DNA from: Macrostomum lignano
Taxonomy: Eukaryota
Reading direction: 5' to 3'
Length of the DNA stretch: 64,000 nt
Assembly (NCBI GenBank): GCA_002269645.1
Contig: NIVC01002965.1
Span: 1-64,000 of the forward strand
In this document: piece after piece, positions 14,109 to 24,360 of the stretch
How positions within the stretch are numbered: the stretch's first letter is position 1
Layout of the letters: each line of letters begins with the position of its first letter
The notes under the pieces: model-generated
Told to the model about the DNA's origin: nothing
The model's input: only the letters and a program-made list of their open reading frames with translations
The model's database searches: none
Translations under genes and position numbers: made by a program

Positions 14109-14650
14109 TAGATTCGAACCCAGGTTGCTGCATTAGCAGTCTGGTCTGTTCAGCTCTAGGCTAGCTCTCATCGAAGTTATCAGTGAATTTGTACCACTTA
14201 AATAGTTCAACACTCACACAAAGTCAGGTAGAGTAAAAAGTCACGAAGCAGTTATGAGTTATGACATAATCAATTTCTTAGGCAAGTCAGTACCAGTCTC
14301 TATGAAAGTTAACAATATGGTTACGCAATATAAATTGAGTACTGTGCTATGCTTTCACACTCAACGCTGTGACGCAATTCAATTGAGTGTCTTGTGTATT
14401 GTGATGCAATCTATTTTAGAATCAGAATTCAACCAGTCAGTTTTTCTGCTAGCATTCTTACAATGCATTTCAATGCTTGACCTTTGCAAAAAAGCATGTT
14501 TTTCGAAAATTTAATCCCTTTAACATTGAGCAATTTCTTAGCCAAGATGCATGTACCGTCACGGAAAAATTTCTGATCGAACAGTGCAAGTTCGAAGAAA
14601 ATCGGTCCAGCCATTCAGGAGAAAAAATCGATTTCGTACAAGCAAGCAAG
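14109..14650 (-). mobile_element. tRNA-like cassette copy 2 plus a conserved ~480-bp body (dispersed repeat)
   Basis: Minus strand TAGCCTAGAGCTGAACAGACCAGACTGCTAATGCAGCAACCTGGGTTCGAATC. Body 14172-14650 is clearly similar to 63545-63960 and partly to 17482-17640 and 18210-18310. Confidence 0.6.
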
Positions 14651-14679
14651 CAAGATTTTCATTTTTAGTATATGGACTA

Positions 14680-17285
14680 GCCAATTCCAACCCCCGTTGG
14701 GGCTTTCCGTCAGAACTCCTACCAAAGTTTTCCCACGCAAAAGAAATTCACCCAACTGAACCCCCCATCCAAAGAATCTCTCTGATGCAAATAATCTCAC
14801 ATGCAAAAAACCCTCATCCAAAGAATCCCCATACAAAGAACCCCCCATCGACAGAATCCCCGAATCCGAAGAATTCCCCATTCAAGGAATCCTCTATCTG
14901 TAGAATTCCCTATTTAATGAATCGCCCATCCATAGAATCTCACATGCAAAGAATACCAATCCTTCCCGTCCCATCCCCATCCCATCCCATTGATAGAATC
15001 CCCGATCCGAAGAATTTCCCATTCAAGGAATCCTCCCATCTGAAGAATTCCCCGTCCAATGAATCCCTTATTCAAGAAATCCCCCATCCACAGAAACCCT
15101 CTATCCAAAGAATCCCCCCACCCATCCCTATCCAAAGAATCGCCCATCCATCCCTATCTAAAGAATCCCCCATCCATCCCTATCCCAAGAATCCTCCTAT
15201 TAATCCCTATCCAAAGAATTTCCCCATCCATTCCTATCTAAATAATCCCCCTAACCATCCATATCCAAAAAATTCCTTCTCTAAAAAATCCCCCCTCTAA
15301 AGAATTCACATCCTTAAATAATCCCCCATCAAAAGAATAATTGGCCAAAGAATCCAGAATCCCCTCATCTAAAGAACACCCGTTCAAATAACCCCCATCT
15401 AAAGAATCATTTATCTAAAGAACCCCCCATTCAAAAAACCCTCCATCGAAACAATGCCCCACCGAAGAAATTGCCCAAAAATTTATCCATTAGAAGCATC
15501 CCCCATCCAAAGAATCATCAATCCATAGAATTCCCCCAAGACTTAACATCTCAGCAATTTCCCCAAGCCTCGACACCTCAGAAATTTTCCCTAAGCATTG
15601 ACATCTAAGCAATTCCGGCGCAAGCCTTGACATGATACCAATTTCTCCCCGTCCAAAGCCTTGACATCTCAGTAATTCCCCTCCCCAAGCCTTGATATCT
15701 CAGTAATTCTCCCAGTAAGCCTTGATATCTCAGTAATTCCTCCAGTAAGTCTTGACATCTCAGCAATTTCTCCCCGTCCAAAGCCTTGGCATCTTAGCGA
15801 TTCCCCTCCCCGAGACTTAAGACCTCAGCAATTCCTTTTTAAGCCTTCACACCTCAGCAATTCCCCCCACAAGCCTTGACATCTCAGCGATTCCCCCACA
15901 AGCCTTGGCATCTCAGCAAGTCCCTCTTAAGCCTTCACATGTCATTAATTCCCCAAGGTAAGATTTTATACATGTATCTCAATAATTCCTCTTGTAAATC
16001 TTGACATCTTAAAATTCTCTTCCGAGCAAGCATCCCCCAAGAGCAAGCGTCCTTCCGATAGCAAGCATCCCCTGATAGAAAGTACCCCCAGCAAGATTAG
16101 TGAAGCAATTTCCTCAGCTAGCCAATTCCAACTCCCGTTGGGGCTTTCCGTCCAAACTCCAGCCACAGTTTTCCTACGCAATAAAATTTCACCCAACTGA
16201 ATCTCCCATACAAAGAATCCCCCATCCAATGAATACACCACCCATAGAATCCACGATACAAAGAATCTCACATGCAAAGAAGCCGCCATCCAAAAAACCT
16301 CCCATCGATAGAATCACCGATCCCAAGAATTCCCCATTCAAGGAATTCTCCTATCTGAAGAATTGCCCATCCATAGAATCTTACATGCAGAGAATCCCCA
16401 TCCAAAGAACCCCCATCGATAGAATCCCCGATCCAAAGAATCCCCCTATCCATCCCTATCCAAAAAATCCCCGACCTCCATCCATATCAAAAAATCCCCC
16501 ATCCAAAGAACCCCTATCAATAGAATCCCGGATCCAAAGAATTTCCCATTCAAGGAATTCTCCTATCTGAAGAATTTCCCATCCAATGCATTGCCCATCC
16601 ATAACATCTCACATGCAAAGAATCCCATTCAAAAGAATCCCTATTTAAAGAATCCCTCATTCACAGAATCCCCATCGAAAGAATCCTCCACCCATTCATA
16701 TCCAAAGAATCCCCCATCCATTCCTAACTAAAGAATCTCCCTCCAAAGAATCCCCATGCAAATAATCCACGTCCAAATAATCCCCATCCACAGAATCTCC
16801 ATCCACATTATCCATTGATTCTCCCATCGAAAGAATAACTGGCCAAAGAATACCTTCATCTAAAAAACCCGTTCAAAAAATTCACGTCCAAATAATCCCA
16901 ATCAACAGAATCCCCCATTCAAGGAATCCAAAGAATCTCCCATCCAAATAATCCGCCCATTAATAGAATTCTTGGCCAAAGAATCCCCTCATCTCCTCGA
17001 GATATCCATTAGAAGCATCTCTCGTTCAAAGATTCCCCAATCCATAGAATTCCCCCCCCCCCCAAGACTTAACATCTCAGCAATTCCCACCAAGCCTTGA
17101 CAGCTCAGAAATTCCCTCCAAGCCTTGACATCTCAGCAATTCACTCTTAAGCCTTGGCATCTCAGTAATTCTCTCAGTAAGCCCTTATATCTCAGTAATT
17201 CCCCCAGTAAGTCTTGACATCTCAGCAATTCCCCTCACGTCTTGATATTTCAGCAATTCCCTCTCAGCCTTGGCATCTCAGTTTA
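14680..17285. repeat. Two diverged copies of a composite block: unique head, then AAGAATCCCCCATCC satellite, then AAGCCTTGACATCTCAG satellite
   Basis: Head CTAGCCAATTCCAAC(C/T)CCCGTTGGGGCTTTCCGTC at ~14677 and ~16117, followed by the same order of satellites. Confidence 0.85.
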
Positions 17286-17418
17286 ATAAAAATTTTTGAA
17301 TATGGACTACATGAATACTCGTAGCTTCTCTTCTACCTGATTTACCTGACGTTTTTTTAGTTTTCTTTAGCTAAAAAGTTTAAAATTAATTTTTTTAATA
17401 AAAAAGCTTTTACAAATT

Positions 17419-17640
17419 AAAAATTCGAACCCACGTCGCTGCATTAGCAGGTCAGTCTGTTTACCTCTAGGCTAGCTCTCATCGTTTTGATAACATAAAT
17501 CGTCGCACTTATATAATTCAACACTTTCAAAACTCCACGCACAGAGTAAATCACGCGAAGCAGTTATGACATAATTTCTCAGCCAGTCTATCAGTTTCAA
17601 ATAAAGTCACCAATATGGTTACGCAATCTAAATCTAAATT
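17419..17640 (-). mobile_element. tRNA-like cassette copy 3 plus truncated body
   Basis: TTCGAACCC...GCTGCATTAGCAG...CTAGGCTAGCTCTCAT on the plus strand; followed by a 72-bp tandem duplication (17589 and 17661). Confidence 0.55.
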
Positions 17641-19243
17641 CAATGGCGCTGGCTTGAATGTATCAGTTTCAAATAAAGTCACCAATATGGTTACGCAATC
17701 TAAATCTAAATTCAATGGCGCTGGCTTGAATTGTGGAGTTGCGATAAAGTAGGGGTTTGCGATATTGGAGAGCGTACAATGAGTATATAAAGTAAAGTTC
17801 ATAGGAATCTTCTTTTTAATGATGTGCTTTTAATTTTTCGAATCTAAGCAAAAAATTATATTCCCGAACTCAGCGTTTCAAGCTCTTTCTAGCAATACAA
17901 GGCTCTCTTCTGAAAGTAAAAAACTCGAAGCACAAACAACAATTGAACATTCCTGCTATAAAGCATTCAAATTCATAAGGTGTACATTCAGCGCTAGCTA
18001 CAGTGAGAGGCCTGCAAGTTGATGCATTGAAATTAACAACCAAGCCAGCCCATGAATAATTGAATAGCGACAACCGCCCCTCAATTAAAATGTGTTGCGC
18101 AACCTTTCAACGCTTGTAGCTCTCCACGCGAGTGTAGAGAACCAATGCTATAGTTGGCACTGAGTTATGATGCAATACAATTCCATCGGCAGTCAGACTG
18201 CTTCTCAATCGGAAAGAACTGTTTGAACTTTAAAAAACAGGGAGAAAATGGAGTTTTTCGAATATTTAAGCCCGAAAAAATGAAGCAATTTCTTAGCAAA
18301 ATTTTGTGTACCAGCGCACCATCAATACGCATCGAATGCAGAAAACCCCACGAAATTCCGACTATGTAGAGTCAAGTTAAGCAAAGGTTCCTATAGGTAC
18401 ATAGTTTTGATTTTTAGTATATTGGATGGAATGTACTATAGAAAGGAATTAGGCCTAATCTAATATTTATATTGATCAAATCAATAAAGCAATATGCAAT
18501 TTATCTATTTTAATATCAAATTATTAACTATTACCTATTATCATTAATAAACATGATTTTTGTATGGTTAGATTTTGATTTGATACTTTTGGTATACTAT
18601 AAGCTGTATAGGACTAGTATAGTAGTAAGACTTGTAGGAGTGTAGGACTCAACAAACTGACTCTGAGCTTACATTGCATAGTAGTAGTAAAAGTAGCTAG
18701 CTATAACTAATATAGTTTTTATTATACTTTATCTGTATGGTACAAGCATGCTAAATGACCTTTTTTGAGTGGTCTGGTAGCCAAAATCAGAAAACCAGTT
18801 TTGAAACTAGTTTTGGCCAAAAACTGGGATTTTAAAACCAATTAACCAGTTCCACAAAATTGAGGGTTTTTGGCATCCCTAGTTGGCACCCATTTTATGG
18901 CTATCTGAATTGAATCAATGCAGAGTTTAGTGTCTTTCTCAAAGACAAATTGTTTCAATGTGTTGAGAGTTAAATATCCCCAGCCCCAACTTTCAAGTTG
19001 TGAGTCTAAGGCTTTATATTAGTAGGTAAATGTTATTAATTATAGGAAATGTATGCTTCTTTAACTTTATGTTCTACCTAAAAACAGGTATTTAGAACTT
19101 CCAAAAGTATCAGTACCTACAATTAAACTCTATAATATTATTGCAATTGAATATTTAGCTATTGTATTATATTTTAAATTCTTTTCATTATAAAAAAAAG
19201 TTTTTAATATTTTCAGTCTAATAGCACTGTAGCCCCCGAGCAA

Positions 19244-20842
19244 ATGGACACGGTACTGGCCTCTATGCTGACTGTGCTCCAAGCCGCAGCCTTCATCATT
19301 TTTCCCAATGTTGGTGGTGCTGTTGGCTCCATAGTGACTGGCAAAGAGCTCAAAGATTGGTACCTCAAGCTCAACAAGCCGCCATGGACTCCACCAAACT
19401 GGGTCTTCCCACCAATGTGGATCTTCTTGTACTCGTGCATCGGCTTTGCTAGCTGGATCGTGTTCCTTCATGTGGGATTTCAAAATGTTGGAATGTATCT
19501 GTATGCCGCCCAGCTGGCTTTGAACTGGGCTTGGTCGCCCCTGTTCTTCGGCGCTCACTGGTGCGTATTGTGTTCGTCACATTGTTTTTATGCAGAATTT
19601 ACACTGATTTCTGCAAATCTGAATCTTGAGATCCTTCACCCAACCCCAAATCTTAACCCTAACCGATTCTTTACTCAACCCGATTCTTCACCCAACTCGA
19701 ATCTTCACCCAACCCGAATCTTCACCCAACTCGAATCTTCACTTAACCAGAATCTTCACCCAACCCGAATATTTACCCAGCCCGAATCCTCACCCAACTC
19801 GAATCTTCACCCAACCCGAATCTTTACCCAACCAGAATCTTCACCCAACCCGAATCTTTACCTAACTCGAATCTTCACCCAACCCGATCGAATCATCACC
19901 CAACTCGAATCTTCACTTAACCAGAATCTTCACCCAACCCGAATCTTCACCCAACCCGAATCTTCACCCAACCCGAATCTTCACCCAACCCGAATCTTCA
20001 CCCAACCCGAATCTTCACCCAACCCGAATCATCACCCAACTCGAATCTTCACTTAACCAGAATCTTCACCCAACCCGAATATTTACCCAGCCCGAATCCT
20101 CACCCAACTCGAATCTTCACTCAACCCGAATCTTCACCCAACTCGAATCTTCACTTAACCAGAATCTTCACCCAACCCGAATCTTCACCCAACCCGAATC
20201 TTCACCCAACCCAAATCTTCACCCAACCCAAATCTTCACCCAACCCGAATCTTTACCCAACTCGAATCTTCACTTAACCAGAATCTTCACCCAACCCGAA
20301 TCTTCACCCAACTCGAATCTTCACTTAACCAGAATCTTCACCCAACCCGAATCTTCACCCAACCCAAATCTTCACCCAACCCGAATCTTCACCCAACCCG
20401 ATTCTTCACCCAACCCGAATCTTCACCCAAACCGATTCTTCACCCAACCCGATTCTTCACCCAACCTGAATCTTCACCCAACTCGAATCTTTACCCAACC
20501 CGAATCTTCACCCAACCCGAATATAACTCAACCCGAGTCTTCACCCAACTCGAATCTTCACCCAACCCGAATCTTGAATGAAGCGATACTGTTAGACCAT
20601 TATGGTTTATTTTAGTTATTAGCCATTAAACTTGTCTTTGCAGGGTGGCCCTAGCCGCACTGGACATGATGGCCATGATTGGCCTTTCAATCGCCTGTGG
20701 CATCGAGTTTTACCAAGTCAACCCCGTTGCTGGGGCCCTCATTGTGCCCTACCTGCTCTGGCTGAGTCTGGCTCTGTCAATCAATGTCTACGTTTATTTT
20801 TATAACGACACCGCAGTGTTGCGCAACGAAAAGAAGACCTGA
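19244..20842 (+). CDS. TSPO: Translocator protein (TspO/MBR family) paralogue 1, 171 aa
   Basis: Exons 19244-19560 and 20644-20842 (GT-AG, phase 2). Motifs WYLKLNKPPWTPPNWVF, QLALNWAWSPLFFG and PYLLW. Confidence 0.93.
19630..20575. repeat. 17-bp minisatellite in the TSPO-1 intron, about 55 copies
   Basis: Unit ACCCAACCCGAATCTTC. Confidence 0.95.
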
Positions 20843-21304
20843 CATCCATTTGAAAAAACTATCATGGACAAACTGATCGCGTAATAATCGCAAAATAGTT
20901 GTGTTGATTGATTGAAGAGAATGCGCATTACTAAACCAAAAGTGCCTTCATTGACAAGCAATCAATTATTTAACTGATAATTTCAGTAAATTTGTATCTG
21001 TATTTTATCACAATATCCTACATTTTTACGATGTTTAAATTTTACTAAATGATTATACAATAATTATCCATTGTTTTGCATTGGATTTTGTCAAAGAAAA
21101 TAAATTTAAATCGTTTCTATATTAGTTTGATTTGTGGTCAATTTACATTGGTTGATTTATTTTTATTTGTTTTTTTTTCCAACAGCACCACAGCTGCAGA
21201 TTAGCGTATGTCTTGTTAGAGTTCATTGGAAGGTCAACTAAAATGTAAAAGGGAGAGGACCGTGTCGAACCTGTCTGTAGCGTAGTCTTCGGTCTGTGTA
21301 ATAG

Positions 21305-21525
21305 TGAGTTGGAACCCGGGGTAGTTGGGGTTGGAACCCAGGATAGTGGTAGGTTGGAACCCGGTGTAGTGGGGGTTGGAACCCGGGGTAGTGGAGTATT
21401 GGAACATAGGGTAGTGGGAGTTGGAACCCGGGGTAGTGGGGGTTGGAACCCGGGGTAGTGGAGGGTTGGAGCCCGGGGTAGTGGGGAGTTAGAACCCGGG
21501 AAAGTAGGGGTGGGGTTGGATCCCG
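21305..21525. repeat. 22-bp G-rich minisatellite, about 10 copies
   Basis: Unit TTGGAACCCGGGGTAGTGGGAG, between TSPO-1 and TSPO-2. Confidence 0.9.
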
Positions 21526-21728
21526 AAGGTTGCAAGAAGGGGCAGAGTTCGCTCCGACGGTCAGCCCAGAAGAAGCATTGCCCTGTGCAAAGCAACCAGT
21601 GACCTGTGTAGGTCATAGTGAGAGCGCGGATATCTTTTCGATGTTGGTTTACACTTGGTTTAGACACTGTCTGAAATGAAAAACATTGTTTAGCTAACTT
21701 TACTGACCCCAATGCTCCCGGTTGCGCA

Positions 21729-23047
21729 ATGTCTCACCTACTAGCAAACGCCTCAGCCTACCTGAAACCTGCCGCATTTGTGATCGCGCCACACCTTGGC
21801 GGCGCATTCGGCGCTATTGTCACTCGCAATGAGATCCCGGTCTGGTACCGTCGGATCAACAAACCGCCGTGGACGCCGCCAAACTGGGTGTTCGGGCCTA
21901 TGTGGTCGTTTTTGTACACGAGTATTGGCTACTCAAGCTGGCTTATTTACAAAGAGCTCGGACTGCAGAATAAGCCAATGTACCTGTTTGGTGCTCAGCT
22001 GGCTCTTAACTGGGCCTGGTCACCGCTCTTCTTTGGGGCGCACAGGTCTGTCAGATGCTGGCAACTTTAAACTAAACATTGTTATCAGTCTAGTTTTCTG
22101 CTGTCTGTCTCCCCGTGTGGACTATCTCTCCATCTCCCTCTGTGATCTCTCTCCTTTCTCCCATTAACTGTCTCCCACTCCCTTCTCCCTGTCTCCCTCT
22201 CCCTATCCCCTTCTCCCATCTCCCTGTCTCCCTCTCCCTATCCAATCTACCTGTCTCCCTCTCCCTGTCTCCCTCTCCCTCTCCCTTTCTCCCTCTCCCT
22301 GTCTCCCTCTCCCATCTACCTGTCTCCCTCTCCCTGTCTCCGTCTCCCTTTCTCCCTCTCCCTATCTCCTATCTCCCTGTCTCCCTCTCCCTTCTCCCTG
22401 TCTTCCTCTCCCTTCTACCTGTCTCCCTTCCCGGTCTCCCTCTCCCTGTCTCCCTCTCCCTGTCTCCCTCTCCCTGTCTCCCTCTCCCATCTACCTGTCT
22501 CCCTCTCCCTGTCTCCGTCTCCCTTTCTCCCTCTCCCTATCTCCTATCTCCCTGTCTCCCTCTCCCTTCTCCCTGTCTTCCTCTCCCTTCTACCTGTCTC
22601 CCTTCCCGGTCTCCCTCTCCCTGTCTCCCTTCTCCCTGTCTCCCTCTCCCATCTCCCTCTCCCATCTCCCTCTCCCATCTCCCTGTCTCCCTCTCTGTCT
22701 CCCTCTCCCTTTCTCCCTCTTCTTTCACTCCTGGCTTTCTGTTCTATCTTCTCCAATCTCCCCTAGACAGTTTAATCAGTCAAAAAGCAACAGAATATTT
22801 TCCACCTGCAGCACCATTAATTCCGCTATTTTCTTCGCCTCTAACATTCGCCAACAGAGTCGGCCTGTCGGTCATTGACATGGTTGGCATGCTGGGCCTC
22901 GCGGCCCTGTGCGCCAAAGAGTTCCGGCCCGTAAGTCAGACAGCCTTCCGCCTCATGCTGCCCTACCTGGGCTGGCTTAGCCTGGCCCTGTCAATCAATG
23001 TCTACGTTTGGCTGAACAACGATTCCAAGACTCTCCGCGTGGATTGA
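21729..23047 (+). CDS. TSPO: Translocator protein paralogue 2, 168 aa
   Basis: Exons 21729-22045 and 22858-23047 (GT-AG, phase 2, same intron position as paralogue 1). Motifs WYRRINKPPWTPPNWVFG and PYLGW. Confidence 0.93.
22115..22735. repeat. Polypyrimidine (CT-rich) low-complexity tract in the TSPO-2 intron
   Basis: Almost purine-free CTCCCTGT / CTCCCT repeats. Confidence 0.95.
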
Positions 23048-23489
23048 GCTTAGAGACAGCAAGCACTTGTAACACCTTGTTTATTGGCAATTCACCTGTT
23101 CACCCTTGATCTATTTCATCAAGTTTTTAGTTTGACAATCTTGTCCCAGATTTATTGTAGTTGCAAGTTCAACTTTGAATACCAATTATTAAATGAGTGC
23201 CTTATTATTTTCGATAATTTATTGTTGCTGTGCGTTTCGTAACAAATTTTCATTCGCACAAAATTGTGCAATTCGATTTTGTTCCGCTTTTCGAATTTCG
23301 AATTTCGTGATTTGCCACGGCTCGTGAGACAAGTTTTAGTGCAAAACAAAAATAGTGTACTATTCTATACTTTAGAAATATTTCGACACAATTGTTTCCC
23401 AACGTTTTTCTATCTGTTTCTTGCTTCTTTTAAATTGCTTTCTTGGTCGTTATCGCTATAAATGGGGCTATACAGTTCCTTTTTAGGTT

Positions 23490-24238
23490 GTTAAAATCGC
23501 GTCGTTCGTTGTTAGGATCTCCATTTGGTTGTTAAAATCGCCCTTTTGGTTGTTAAAACCGCCCTTTTGGTTGTTAGAATCGCCCTTTTAGTTGTTAAAA
23601 TCGCCCTTTTGGTTGTTAGAATCGCCCTTTTGGTTGTTAGAATCGCCCTTTTAAATGTTAGAATCGCCATTTTGGTTGTTAGAATAGCCCTTTTGGTTGT
23701 TAAAATAGCACTTTTGGTTGTTAGAATCGCCCTTTTGGTTGTTAGAATCGCCCTTTTGGTTGTTAGAATCGCCCTTTGGGTTGTTAGAATCGCCCTTTTG
23801 GTTGTTAGAATAGCCCTTTTGGTTGTTAGAATCGCCCTTTGGGTTGTTAGAATCGCCCTTTTGGTTGTTAGAATAGCCCTTTTGGTTGTTAAAATAGCCC
23901 TTTTGGTTGTTAGAATCGCCCTTTTGGTTGTTAAAATAGCCCTTTTGGTTGTTAGAATCGCCCTTTTGGTTGTTAGAATAGCCCTTTTGGTTGTTAAAAT
24001 AGCCCTTTTGGTTGTTAGAATAGCCCTTTTGGTTGTTAAAATAGCCCTTTTGGTTGTTAGAATAGCCCTTTTGGTTGTTAAAATAGCCCTTTTGGTTGTT
24101 AGAATCGCCCTTTTGGTTGTTAGAATAGCCCTTTTGGTTGTTAAAATAGCCCTTTTGGTTGTTAGAATCGCCCTTTTGGTTGTTAGAATCGCCCTTTTGG
24201 TTGTTAGAATCGCCCTTTGGGTTGTTAGAATCGCCTTC
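23490..24238. repeat. 21-bp minisatellite, about 34 copies
   Basis: Unit GTTGTTAGAATCGCCCTTTTG, between TSPO-2 and TSPO-3. Confidence 0.95.
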
Positions 24239-24360
24239 CTAGTGCCCTTGGCTGGAATTTCACGGAAGTCGATCGCCTTAAAAACATCCTTGTAAAGAAT
24301 AGTTCAGCCAGTTCGTGAACCTCTCATTCCAGCCAATCAGCCCCTTGCCACGTAACCGAA

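Noticed and set aside
10916-17482. Functional tRNA-Ser genes
   Set aside because: Anticodon and acceptor stems do not pair; treated as tRNA-derived cassettes.
8165-18882. One giant hAT-like element bounded by TAGG(A/G)ATGCCAA ends
   Set aside because: The match is short and imperfect and there is no 8-bp TSD; probably independent MITE ends.
22115-24295. Pro/Leu/Ser-rich 310-aa and VVRIALL 256-aa ORFs
   Set aside because: Repeat translations; only 22858-23047 (TSPO-2 exon 2) is coding.
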